A stretch of 64,000 nt of DNA from Stylophora pistillata (Eukaryota): NCBI RefSeq assembly GCF_002571385.2, contig NW_019217900.1, positions 605,123 to 669,122 of the forward strand, in the 5' to 3' direction. Position 1 is the first letter of the stretch, and every line of letters starts with the position of its first letter. This document shows positions 13,101 to 24,731 of this stretch, one piece after another. Position numbers and translations under genes: made by a program. The notes beneath the pieces were generated by a model, which ran no database searches, was not told where the DNA came from, and saw only the letters and a program-made list of their open reading frames with translations.

Positions 13101-15239
13101 AAAACGCAATTTTTTTTATAATTTTTTAAAGACATTCAAATTTGCCGCCATTTTGGTCCACCATTCGCACCAGTCTTCCTCGGTTTAAAGTGAGTTGTGA
13201 CGTAGGTTCAGGAACACGTGATTTTAGGTTGTGACTTAGCTGACTTGAAAACAAGTGGGAATTTGCTTCAGAGTGGTCACAATATCGTAAGCTCACAATA
13301 TCGTAAACGACCCGCACTCGACCAGTGTATTTATATGCATTTTAAGGTCAAGTGAGATTCCTGAACCTACGTCACAGACATCAGTAACGTGGTCATTTTG
13401 AGCAAGTTATTCTTGTGATCAGCGGCAGGGGTCAACCGCAAGAAAATAGAATTTTGAACTTTGTAAAAAGTTCGTAAAAAAATCGCATTTTACCCAAATC
13501 GAAAAAATTTTGCACCCAAGTTCATTTGGTGAAATGTAGAATTAGATGAGCGAAAAACATTTTTAGACATTATGGGCACTTTAAGGACAAAATAGATGTT
13601 AGCCACTCTTCGGGGACCAAAGGATAAAAAATATACGGATGATCTTGTTCCCACAGGAATATCCTTGGTGTCAGTAAAACCCTTTGTTATATAACAATAA
13701 AATAATATAGTTAGTAAGCCTCAATTAAACTAGGGACTGTACCAAAACATGGAGTTTCTGATGAACTCGACATGATCATACTTACAGTGTAAACAAGTCA
13801 GATCTGAACAATGGAACATATGGTGCATGGCTTCCATTTTGTATTATCCAATCAACATCAGCTTTGCTTTTGATATAGTGAAGGATTCCAACATGCCCAC
13901 TCATACTAGCTGTTGAAAAAATAATTCATTTTCTCATTGTGGTATTAAGAAGCACTTCACCAGCTAACTTTTTTTTTCAGTTTTTCATTGTGGTATTAAG
14001 AAGCACTTCACCAGCTAATTATTTCTAAAGCTATGGCTACTATAATAAGACAAGACGTTTCAAATCACCTGTTCAGATCTGAAAAAAAAGAATTAACCTT
14101 TGCTGCAATTTTCATATACCAAGAAAACTTGACTATAACTACGACGAAACAAAAAGTAAGGGGAATAGATGCTAGTAGAAAAGAAGCTTGTGCCCTCACT
14201 TGTTTACAGCAAGCTAATGGTTAGGTTGGCTTGCTAAAGACAAATACTATAATTCTAATTCAAAGACCAACTGGAGTTGTTCAACATTTTATTTGTCCTT
14301 TTTCCACTCTACCCTAAGTCAAAGCATATTTTTAACATGGTCACATGACTTGTGTCCTACATGTGGGGGTGGGGAGGGGATGGGATAGCTTTCTACCCCT
14401 TCTTTTATCCTCTGGAGAACTCTCTTCCTTAGAAGAGAACAAGTAAGGCAAGAGGTCAAGGTTGTATGGAACTCATTGTACTCTATCCATATCACATGAT
14501 CTTATGTGCTCTATTTTCTCTCCCTGCCCAACCAACCGGTCAATAAGTATATAAGTCATAACAATAACTTACAAGTGCACCCAATTTGATGTGTTGCATT
14601 TGTCAGCAGCACACAAGGATTCACCCCAGATATTGGCTCGTAAATTTTCTGTGCGACCTTATCTCCATTTGCTGACAAATAGAACAAAATATATGAGTGA
14701 GTATCAGTACAGTGTGCATATGTGTACAAGGAAAAAAGATCGATTTTAAAATCATGGAAAATGCATTGGGTCAATGTCGCGATCAATGTCAGTTATGTCG
14801 AGATGGCACGATTCACACTTGGTAAATTAAGCCACAATAGAAGAAGTTCTTGAAAAAGTTGAAAAACTTTCACACTGTTAACTTAGTCTCATGGTTGGGA
14901 GAAGATGGATTGTTACATTCTGAACGGAAAAAATTTCAAACTATGCCCAACTTTCGATGAGACGTTTTCCATCTTGAGGTAAATATTCTATATACAAGGC
15001 TAAAAGATTAGGAAAAAAATTATTAAAATGTTTACACCAAACGTTTTCGGCTGTTTGCCCATCATCAAGGACATCATTATGGACATCACTGAGGCAAATA
15101 ATTGTACCTTATTAACATAACGCACACTGTATTTAAATGAAGAAAATTATATGAGGCCTTAAGCCTCAAGAAATCGCTCACCAGCGTATAGTAGTCCAAG
15201 AAATATCGAAACAGCCCAAAGAACTAACTCGGTCGCCAT
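1120..15239 (-). CDS. NCSTN: Nicastrin (gamma-secretase subunit), 16 exons in window; 3' exons lie left of position 1
   Basis: GT-AG exons with consistent phases: 15182-15239, 14573-14671, 13786-13909, 12386-12480, 11826-11861, 11387-11445, 10529-10609, 9920-10052, 8969-9060, 7176-7286, 6747-6797, 6306-6383, 4814-4951, 3101-3270, 1746-1839, 1120-1218 (1518 nt). The translation has a signal peptide (MATELVLWAVSIFLGLLYA), PCVLLTNATHQIGC, the diagnostic FQGEAWDYIGSSRMVYDM (DYIGS) motif and LPPSSFQMFL. Confidence 0.95.
1872..2193 (+). mobile_element. Non-autonomous palindromic element (family P2), copy 1
   Basis: ~150-bp hairpin TCTTATTAACCAAGC...GCTTGGTTAATAAGA plus ~160-bp tail; nearly identical to 4204-4524. 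Confidence 0.8.
2630..3036 (+). mobile_element. LINE 3' end remnant with (GTT)n tail
   Basis: Short coding-like remnant, AT-rich UTR, stem-loop, then AATAAA and (GTT)n. Confidence 0.5.
4204..4524 (+). mobile_element. Non-autonomous palindromic element (family P2), copy 2
   Basis: Direct repeat of 1872-2193. A more decayed relative lies at 3593-3750. Confidence 0.8.
5787..6189 (+). mobile_element. 5' fragment of a Kolobok-like DNA transposon with THAP-domain start
   Basis: TTAA followed by an AGGG terminus. The ORF from 6033, MLHCVVFECS...KICFHNFPNDAAIR, matches the THAP N-terminus (CxxxxC...FHxFP) and then degenerates before a gap. Confidence 0.55.
7331..7718. mobile_element. Degenerate MITE with TTAA ends (Kolobok-type)
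   Basis: Imperfect TIRs TTAA(A)AGAGAAATGTA...GGTCACTTGGGATG / CATCCCAAGTGACC...TACATTTCTCTTTAA. Confidence 0.6.
8210..8936. mobile_element. tRNA(Thr)-derived inverted element spanning a gap, 13-bp TSD
   Basis: Minus-oriented unit left of the gap and plus-oriented unit right of it. Flanked by CTTATTAATTTAG at 8197-8209 and 8937-8949. Confidence 0.8.
9550..9842 (+). mobile_element. tRNA-derived SINE
   Basis: A box TAGCCTCATGG, B box GGTTCAAGCCC, central GGCAAGACACTTTAC...CTCTCCACCCA domain, and an approximate TSD TAAGAA(G/C)CAATCA. Related fragments at ~28880-28970 and ~58905-59200 (-). Confidence 0.7.
13008..13584. mobile_element. MITE, Kolobok-type (TTAA TSD, AG...CT termini)
   Basis: TTAA-AGTGCCCATAATGTC...GACATTATGGGCACT-TTAA, with >100-bp imperfect TIRs. 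Confidence 0.85.
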
Positions 15240-15356
15240 ATTTGATGTCACTACAAATTCCCAGTAGGCCTTTGGGTATTAGCCACTCTTAGATCATTTC
15301 CGTTGACAAATCGCATTTTCTGTTAGGCCCAGACTTCAATACTATTCCCGGTCAAA
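15240..15356. promoter_or_regulatory. Bidirectional promoter NCSTN/XRCC2 with a ZNF143(Staf)-like site
   Basis: Only 117 bp separate the two divergent ATGs. ACTACAAATTCCCAGTAGGCCTTTGGG at 15250-15276 resembles the ACTACA..TCCCA/SBS motif. Both ATGs sit in YY1-like AANATGGC contexts. Confidence 0.7.
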
Positions 15357-16666
15357 ATGGCTTCTGAGTCGGCAGCGCAGGTAATGTAATGTAATGTAAC
15401 ATTCAATACTGAATGAATATTTATTCATCAGTAAAGTGGTCGAATTTAAAATTAAATTTGCTGCAAAATCATAACTTATTCATATTTTCCAATTTATCAA
15501 AGCAGTGTTTCTTTTCTTCTACTCTTCACAATTTGAAAGATGCAGAGAATATTAACAATATTACAGTGATACTAAAACCTTGTTTTCTGAAAGGTTTAAC
15601 TTAAAAACATTGCAAATTGAGAACTAGTATACCAAGGATTAAAAGCTTCCCAGTAGATTTAAAGAAAAGAATTCGACAATTTTTTATTAGGGGACCTCTG
15701 AGAAAAGCTGTGATGAAGTTCTAAGATTTTTTTAAAATTGCATAACTTAAAGCTATACATGTCATTCTGCCCTCTCTTTTTCAGCTGTTTGTGCGGTTGG
15801 GTGGTAAACAGGCTCTAGGTGGACTGGATTTAGATCTTTTTGCAGATATTCCTGATGGTGTTCAACCAGGAAATGTTATTGAATTTTGTGGCATGGAAGG
15901 AAGTGGCAAAACAGAGATGCTTCTTCATTTGATTGCAAACTGTATTCTCCCAAGGTCATGGAAGGATCTCAAACTTAATGGAAGATCTGTCGGGGTTGTA
16001 TTTGTAGACAATGATTTTCATTTCCAGTTGCTGCGACTGGTAACAATAATGGAACACAGGATATTAAAAGCAATCAGAGATGCTGATCAATCTGAGAGGG
16101 CATCAGAAAGTGATAGAACTAACCCCCTCAAGGAAACTTCAGCAGGCATTCCTCTTGTTTATCCCGAGAAATACAGTGATTATGAAAGCCTCATCAAGTC
16201 TTGTCTTGGTCTGTTCTTTATTGTTCGTTGTAACAGCAGCATAGAATTACTGGCGACTGTCTTATCACTTGAAAATCTCTTAGCTGCCAAGCCTGAAGTG
16301 GGTGTCTTTATGATTGACAGTTTGAGTGCATTTTACTGGCTTGACAGAGGTAGTGGTGCAGAGAGCCTGGGTCTTCAAGAATCAAACCAAAGAAAAGTTG
16401 TCAATATTTTACAAAAGTATGTGCAGAAGTATCATGTGGCTCTGATTGCCACTAAGCAATCAATCTTCATGAACGCAGAAAAATCAACAAATCGTGAATA
16501 TTTGTGTCAGCTGTGGCAAAGACTGGTGAATCACCGTTATGAATTTGATAGAAATATTGTTCAAACTGGAGTTGACATAACTTATTCAGTTCACAGAACT
16601 TTTCCGTTGAGCAGAAGACACCAAAGATTTTTTATCAAAGAAAGTGGCATTGAATTTATGCGTTAA
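15357..16666 (+). CDS. XRCC2: DNA repair protein XRCC2 (RAD51 paralog), 2 exons
   Basis: Exon 1 15357-15380 (MASESAAQ|gtaatg) splices to exon 2 15785-16666 after ttttcag. Contains Walker A GMEGSGKT, VVFVDNDFHFQLLRLVTIMEHR and MIDSLSAFYWLDR, matching remembered XRCC2 motifs. Confidence 0.93.
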
Positions 16667-16986
16667 TCGTCTTAAAATTTCATAGATTTTTATTCAAGTT
16701 ATAGATCATAATATTGAAATACCTTTTTTGTCAACTTTTTCCTCTTTGTGAGAAATATTTTGAAGAATAAATATGAGCTCTCCATTTTCCATAAATATCT
16801 TCAAGTTGTAATTGTTGCCAGATACTTTCATCAATCCCAGTTGAGTTTTGTCTGATACACCCCAAAAAAGAAAAAAGTTAACGTTTTGACCCTGACCTCG
16901 ACCGAGTCAAAATTTCCCACCCCTGGGAACTAAATAACAAACTAGCCCCCAGATTCCTGGCTTCAATTAACCAATAATTATTTGCT

Positions 16987-17000
16987 GTCGTCATAGAGAC
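16987..17000. promoter_or_regulatory. Candidate RFX X-box upstream of the SPA17-like gene
   Basis: GTCGTCATAGAGAC (reverse complement GTCTCTATGACGAC) is an imperfect X-box palindrome ~106 bp upstream of the ATG of a ciliary/flagellar gene. Confidence 0.4.
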
Positions 17001-17106
17001 TTCTGCCATTATACTTATGTAGCGCATTAGTGCAATTAGATTGCTCTGTATTTGATCGATTTTTCTGTGTTTCTGACTGTTTCTGCGAAGGATTTGAAAA
17101 CTTAAC

Positions 17107-18918
17107 ATGGCGGTGCAATACGCTCCTATGAAGCTACGTGTTCCGCCGGGTTTTCAAAATTTATTGGAGGGTTTGGCGAGAGAAGTTTTGCGAGAGCAAC
17201 CAGAGGACATCATCAACTTTGCCGCGCAGTATTTCAAGAACCAGCTTCTAATCCGTGAAGGTACCTTTTTTCTTTGTATAGCTACGCTAGCTGAAAATGC
17301 AAGCCAAATCGAATATTTAGTGATCCGTGTTTTTTTTTCGACCGAATCCGTTCCAATTATTTGCATCCTGACTTACAATATTACTTATCTACAAGATTAC
17401 TCATTCATGGGTCTCTTTTTCCTAGTTTTTAACTTCCCTCCTTCTCGAGGAAAATTTTGCAGGAACTTCCATCCGTTAGCGTCAAGGGCTTTTCCTTTTC
17501 TTGCTTTTCACATTTTTGTAAAGCAAGATATCGTGATCGAAAGCGTTAGAAAATTAAATATATACTTTTAAGTGGAATAATATTGAATTGAAATTGCCAT
17601 ATTCTGAAAGAAACGCATTGCCATATAATTTTAATATAATTTTCATCTAAAGGAAGGAAGCGTTAATTATTTAGCTTGTGAAAGGAATTTATGGTAAAGT
17701 GTTTTTCTAAGGTAACTTTTCGAATTCCATTTTGGTATCACAATAATAAAATGTGAATAAAATCACTCCAACACAATTCAGAGCACTATTATTACTCCTT
17801 CAAATCGCTCCAAACAAAATTTCATCAAGGCCTTTAGAGTAGGGTTTTTATTCTGGAAATATATTTATGTCTCATTCATTTTTGTGATTCACAAACTTCT
17901 AGAAACTGGCAAAGATGATGCAAAGAAAGGTGATCAAATGGAAAAGTTGCAGAGAGGAGAAGAAGTTGACCTTGATATGAATGACCCTGATGTGCAGAAA
18001 GCTGCTGTCAAAATTCAAGCAAGCTTCCGTGGACACAAAGCTCGGGAGGATGTGAAGAAACACAAAGATGAAGAGGCTGCTGCTCTCAAAATTCAAGCAA
18101 GTTTCCGTGGGCACAAGGCTCGAGAGCAAGTGAAGGAGATAAAGGCTTCACAAAGTGATGTGCAAGTATCAGTGACTGTAGATGCTGCTGAAGATGCCCC
18201 AGAAGAGGTTGTCTCTGTAGAGTTACCTGATCATGAAGCAATTGTGGCAGGAGAGGTGGAAGCTGCTGAAGAACCAGAGAGGCAGGAAGATGCCACTGAG
18301 GAGCAAGCTCCAGATGCACAACCTGATGACTCAGAAGCAGCAAAAACTGAAGATGCTGAAGCTGAAACTGATGTGCAGGAGCCTGTGGAGCAGGAAGGAC
18401 AACCTGATGGTGCTATCACAGCTGAAGGTGCTGAAACACGAGAGGCAGTTGGCAAGGAGGCCACAGAAGTTGTTCAAGCTGAAGAGGCCGTAACAGAAGA
18501 AGCCATTGTTGATGAGGCTGTCAGCAAAGGTGCTGATGAAGTTGCAGATGCAGATAAAGGAGTTGATAAGCTAGAGAAAGAAGGAGAGGTAGTTACTGAT
18601 GAGCAAGCTAGTGCAGCAGATGAAGAAAAGGCAGAAGGTGAGCAAGAACAGATAGATATAGATATGAATGATCCAGATCTGCAAGGTGCTGTAGTTAAGA
18701 TTCAGGCAAGTTTCAGGGGTCATAAGGCAAGGGAGCAGGTAAAGGCCCTGAAAAGCTCAGAGTCTTTACCACAAGGTGATGAAGAGGTAGCATCAGAGGA
18801 GAAAGGGGAAGTAGATGAAAAACAGGAAGTTCCAGCAGGTGAGGAAGATAAGGGTGATGGTGATGCTGAACCATCAGTTGCTGAGGAGGCTGATGAGTCA
18901 AAGCCGTCAGAAGATTAG
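17107..18918 (+). CDS. SPA17: Sperm surface protein Sp17-like: RIIa dimerization/docking domain, 3 IQ motifs and acidic tail (~389 aa)
   Basis: Exon 1 17107-17260 (LRVPPGFQNLLEGLAREVLREQPEDIINFAAQYF, RIIa D/D domain; phase-1 donor) joins exon 2 17903-18918, which has three IQASFRGHKARE motifs. AATAAA signals lie downstream. Confidence 0.85.
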
Positions 18919-21235
18919 CTTAAAAGAAATTAAACTGTAGATCTACTTGTATTTAAATAACATTCTGCTTTTAAAACAAATTTACCTAAACTAAGTTTAA
19001 CAGCTTCCCCCTTTGTACAAATTCCCATCTGGTTCGATAGCAAGAGGAGAGTTATGCCAATGCTTTTCTTAAAACTTGAATACTAAGCATTGAAAACTAA
19101 CTTAAAGATGGTAATAATAAATAAAGCACACAGTGTAATATTGTACATATTGTTTATCCAATGTTTGGTTGGTGCATTATAACTTAATTTTGTACAATTA
19201 GTAATATATCTGCTTGTTGTTCAGGGAGTAAGTTGTTGAAAATTGAGGGAAGACATCAGAAAAACATAAAATATTATCTAGTGCTAGTCTAGGCAGATGT
19301 AATCAACTCTTGTCTGGATAAGTAATCATTTAGGCTATAATCTTTTCAATCAAAATAATAGATTTATACAAAGAACCCCATTGTTAATGACATATTATAT
19401 TGTTTCAGTACAATGATGGTATCAGCTCAATTAAATTAATATTTTTTTTGTGAATAACATGGAAATTTTTTTCTCTCTATGGTTATGTAGTATAAAACCA
19501 ATAAAGTCCTTGCCTTTCAATATGCATTTGGTACAAATCTCAGAGGGAATTCCTACTGTAGAATATTTTACAAATTAATCGTTGGAATGCTCCTCATGTA
19601 AATAATTAATCAGTTTTCATGCAATTCATTGAACAATGCTTTTACAAGATCACTATGGGCCCATTAACTCTAAGTAAGTAATTGAGTCAGAGGGAAATTT
19701 GTGTGTGTAAAATGGACTAAACTGCTTGCATGTTTAAGTAACTGTATGTTTATTGTTGAAAACTCTGTGTGTGATGATTATTATTTTAATGATCTGTGTG
19801 GAAGTGAATGTAATCTCCATGAGGTCCTTAACCACCTCTGGTCTGTGATTAATAAGAAAAAAAAATGAAAAATTTATTTTCATCTATAAACCAAGGAGAA
19901 ATTTTACTTTCAGGAAGGTGATGAAGATTATGTGATAAGAAGGTGCCCCTTCAGAATTTATGCACTAACAATACATAGTCTGATAACAATCTGTGAATGT
20001 TTATCAAAAAGAAAAATGATAGTAACTACTTGTAAAAAAAGAGCCAATTAGGTAAAGTAGTGTAGAAAGTTTGTGGTCAAATAGGATGCATTTAAATCTA
20101 AAGATTGAGGTGAAGAAAATAATCATGTATTTTGTTAGTGAGAGGTTTAGTTGATAGTTTTACAGACAACTTGTAGACTGTAATGTTATTTCCTCTTGAT
20201 GATCTCTTCTAGAAAGTTTTACAGTTTACATTTAGTCTCACTGGTTCTACCAATCAGGAAAGAGTGATTAATTATAGAAGCAATGTCCATCACCACTTTT
20301 GTATCTTAAAAATGCAAGTCTAAAACTTGGCCAATTGCAATTCATGTTACCCTTTCCCATCACTTCTATTTGGATCAAAAAAACTTTCCATTTTCTTGTC
20401 TTTGTATTGCCAAACTCATATTTTGTGGTTTCTCTCACATTTAAAGTAACAATGCTTTTCAGAAAAAACAAATTCAAAATATTGATCCTTTCAAAGCAAT
20501 TCCAACGGACACATTGAAATTTGAAGTGTAACCCTTGACTATAAAAGGAAGCTTGTTGAAGGTAGAAGATGTCGTACAACTGATTTAGTTTGGTCTTAGA
20601 CCCTTTCACTTTGAAGATCCAACTTCAATTCTCTGCATTTTAGATCTGAGAATTTGTAATATTTTCTTTCTTTTCATCACCTTTTCAATTAACAAAATAT
20701 ATATTGTATATTGTAAGGGGTTATTCAGCAGTGGTTACCCCAGGGAGTGAAAGGGTTTAATTTAATTTCAAGCTGTACTTTTTAGTATTATTGAGTAACT
20801 TTTAGCAAATATTTACTATTTCAGGATGTTCTCATTCTCCTTTATCATTAAACTTACTTTATTTCCTAATTTAATTATTTTAGTGTATAGTGTGATTAAT
20901 TTTGTACAGGTAGATTGAAAAATTATGCAAAATTTTTTTGCACAGAATAAAAGGTGTTAAAAAAACTATGTGCTTCAAACTTGTTTCTCCTGATGTAATA
21001 TTAACCATTTCTTGATTACAGTCAAATTTTCAACTTGGGCAAGCAGTTATTCCAAAGCCAATCCTTGTGGCATCAATTAACATGTTGGTGCACTAACTGG
21101 AAGGGAAATGGCAAACTGAGTAATTGAAGTAAGTGACCTTAGTTGATGAAGTTTTGAAGCCTGGGCCTTTACATTTTAATGAACAGCAGGAAATAATCAG
21201 TTTGCAAAGCTTCTAACCATAGTACTGTGTTTCAG

Positions 21236-22761
21236 AAGAGCTCACTCAAGGGGCCATTGATAAGGCAATTTTGGAAAGCTCAGATGAGGTTCCATCTATG
21301 CATGGATCTGAGTATCCTCCACTGATTGTAATAGAGGAGATGGACTTTAGCAAAGCTGAATCGGAGGGTAGCAAGGAGGGAAATGAGGCAGAGAAGGAAA
21401 AGGGAGCTGGCCAGGATGAGAGCTCTTTCCAAGGTGCCACTAATCAACAAATTTGTTTCACACAAATAGAAATAGCTCAAGAGGAGGACGCTTTTCTGGC
21501 AGAAGTATCCAAGAATGAGGGAGCTGTTCAGGAAAAAGTACTTCAAGTGGGCTCTGCTGTCCAGAAACAGCTGAAAGAGGATGAGAATATATCTGAAGAG
21601 GGAGTAACCCAAGGAGAAGTTGTGATACAGGAAGGGGAAGCCATGGAACAAAATACCATCCAAGGAGAACAAACTCAGGATCATGGCACTACCACTGAAG
21701 AGGTGAATCAAGAGACTGACACTGCTCAAGAGAGAGGCACTCAGGAGGAGGTATCATCAGTTGAGTTACCAGTAGAATGCATCGTAAAGGAGGAGTTAGT
21801 TTCACGCGATGGAAGCAGTACAGCTCCCGAGAAGGTCACTGAAGAAGCTAATGAGGCTCAGGAGGCAGGGGGATCCAAGGAAGACAACAGCAGGCAGAAT
21901 GAGGAAGCTTGCTGTGATACTAAAGAGGAGGAAGCTGAAGCAGGCTGTGGTGATAAAGAGGAGATAATTGAGGAAGGTGGTGATGCAGAGGGGGAGGTAG
22001 CTGAGGAATGTTGTGATGCCAAGCAGGAGGAAGCTGAGGCAAGCACAGACACTAAAGAGGAGGAAATTGAGGTACTTAGTGATGCCAAGGGGGAAGTAGC
22101 TGAGCCAGGTATCAATTGTGAGCAGGAGGAAGTTAAGGGTGGCAGTGCTACCAATGAAGATATAGTTAAGGGAGCTGATGATGCTAATGAGGAGATTGCT
22201 AATGAAGGCAGTCCTGCCAAGGCAGAGGTAACTGAGGCAGGAAGTGATACTAAGAGGGATGCAGCTGAGACAGGTAGTATTGGTCAGGAGAAGGAGGCAG
22301 AGGTAGTTTGTGATGCTAGGGAAGAGGAAGCGGAGGGTGGTAATCTCATGGCAGAGGCAACTGAGGCAGGTAGCTATGCCAAGGTGGAGATAGATGAGGC
22401 AAACAGTGATGGTAAGGAGGAGATGGCTGATGGAGGCAGTCTTACTAAGGTGGAGGATGCTGAAGCACGCAGTAAGGTTATGGAGGAGGTAACTGAGGAA
22501 GGGAAAAATTCCAAGGAAGAGGTTGCTGAGGCAAGGGATAATGTCAAGCGGGATGTGACCGAGGCAGGCAATGATGGTCAAGAGAGGGAAATGGAGGCAG
22601 GTGTTGATGGTAAAGAGGAGGCTATTGAAGGATTTACTGATGCCACAGAAGAGGTGGCTGAGGCTGGAAGTGATTCAAAGGAGGAGAAAGGGGAAGCAGC
22701 CAGTGACGCCACAGGCGAAGAAACTAAGGCAGCAAGTGAGGATGCAGGGGAATCCACCTAA
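21236..22761 (+). CDS. Large Glu-rich exon; probable alternative terminal exon of the SPA17-like gene
   Basis: Acceptor tgtgtttcag|AA at 21235/21236 is phase 1 and in frame with ORF 21271-22761. It is compatible with the 17260 donor (G+AA=Glu). The exon encodes ~11-aa E/A/G/D repeats and has no convincing start of its own. Confidence 0.6.
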
Positions 22762-24731
22762 GCTGATATCAGTGAAGAACAAGTGCTGATGCAAGAAAAC
22801 GGCAGCAGTAAACAGGAGAGTGCAAATAAAGGAGATGGTCAGATTCCAGTAGAAGGAATAATGCAATCTGAAAGGGAGCTTGAAAGAGCCTCATTTGAAG
22901 AAGGAAGTAAAGGGGCGTCAGGGGAGGGAGGTAATGAGGTTCCGTCAGAAGTAGATAAGGGGAGCGCTCTATCAAAAGAAGGAAATAATGGGGCTCCTAA
23001 AGAGGGAGAAAAGAAGGCTGCCTCAGGGGCCTCAGGGAATGGAGATGAGCAGGTTCCTATTTAAGAAGAAGAGACAGCGCCATCGGGAGCAGGAGACAAA
23101 GAAGAACCAGCTGCGAATTAGACCAAAATGAAAATCAAATAAACAACAGAGAGGCAGTGATAATTAAAATCTATGGTTTCAAACAAATCATTAACGAGCA
23201 GCGATTAGCCATCAAATCAGTAGCATGTTACAGGATGCGCACAGACACAATGATGGCTTTGACTATCTTTCAAGACCAGTTTCTTTTATTCCACGCCTTA
23301 GAAAACTTTCATTGGCTAAAAAAGTTCAAGGCCGTGAACGTTGTGATTTGCAGCTTATAGCAGTGATTGGACATGTTCTATGCGTTCATTCTCCCGGCGA
23401 TCACCTGTGAAATAAAATTAAACGGAATCCACTTACTCGCACAGTTACGTTTATGTATTGCAAAGTCTACTTTTGTCTCCCAGAGTGACCAGTAGGTAAA
23501 ATGCCTTTCCTTAGCAGGCAGGCGTTTCCTTTTTCTTTTACCAGCTCGTGTCCCTTGCTCTAAATTTGTTTGCTCCCTTTCGTCTTGGCATTCGCGCTTT
23601 TCCCGGTTTCAATAGTACCTTACTATCTAAAACTATTTATTCGTCGATGGGTTTTACAAAATCCCTTTTGAAAAACTCTCTGTGCAAGGCCTAATACGTA
23701 ACTAAAGAACATTTCGTGCCCTTGAGATTTTGGCGCGAACCGTTCATGATTTCGCTTCCGGAAAGACGAGTTCCTATCTGACACGTGACCAAACACTCTC
23801 CATCTCGGTATCGAAGTCGAATATGGGAGTGGAACCATAACAAGCTGAATAATGAAGAACTAATCTGTTTATGCCAGACAAAACCGATATCTTTCTCCTG
23901 TGGAGGTTGACATTTTTCTGTGGAAAGGCGGTCATCAATAGGGAGATATTTCTCCCACATATCGCGGTATTTGGGTGAGTGATACAAGCTTACAGATGCA
24001 TGTTGTGGTCAGAATTTTGTAAAAGCTTAACGCATGGAATCTTAGAGAGCATAGCATGCTTTAAGATACGAGGCTCGAGTAACCGAGATCGAAAACGGAA
24101 AAGCAAATATTGGTGTGCTTTTTAACCTTTTGTAAATTTGAGGCAAGTTTCGACGTGCAATCATGTAACCGTAACTGTTCGGCGTCGAAAGCGCTTTAAT
24201 TTACGAGTTGTTTTAAAATTTACAGGGAAATGCTAGATCTCCTCAAGTCGCTCATTTGCATCGAAAATTAAACTTTCCTTTCGATCATGAAAATGATGCT
24301 TTTTTTCTCCTCCACGACTAGCTGCCAGGTGCATTGCGTGAGCCGTGTTGGGTTACAATTGTAATCACTGCGGATCGATATATTTGATTGGTGGCAAATT
24401 TGATCAATTTTGATGATTTTGTGCCATATACATAACCCTTACCTATAGCACGCGTTGCATCCAAGAGCTGTCGTGTGAGTTAAGAAAATTTGGCCAATTA
24501 TCGGCTTTTTCAGGAGGATTTGTTCTGAAATGTTTTGGAGTCACAAGGCTCAACTTTGAATATTCAGTTTTCCCGGCGGCGAAACTAGTACAGAAATTGC
24601 CAACAAGTAGTGTAAGCCATCTCTGGCGTTGAAGAAGTATCTTGTATTTTTTATTTTTTATTTTAGATAAGGTCTTTTTTTTTTTGTTTATTCATCCTTT
24701 TTGTAGTCTTCGTCTTGGATCAAATGCCACC

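Noticed and set aside
13934-14018. 34-bp direct duplication near a nicastrin acceptor
   Set aside because: Simple local duplication that does not include the AG; no evidence of function.
21280-22581. Long minus-strand ORFs (149-259 aa)
   Set aside because: Antisense shadows of the purine-rich Glu repeat exon.
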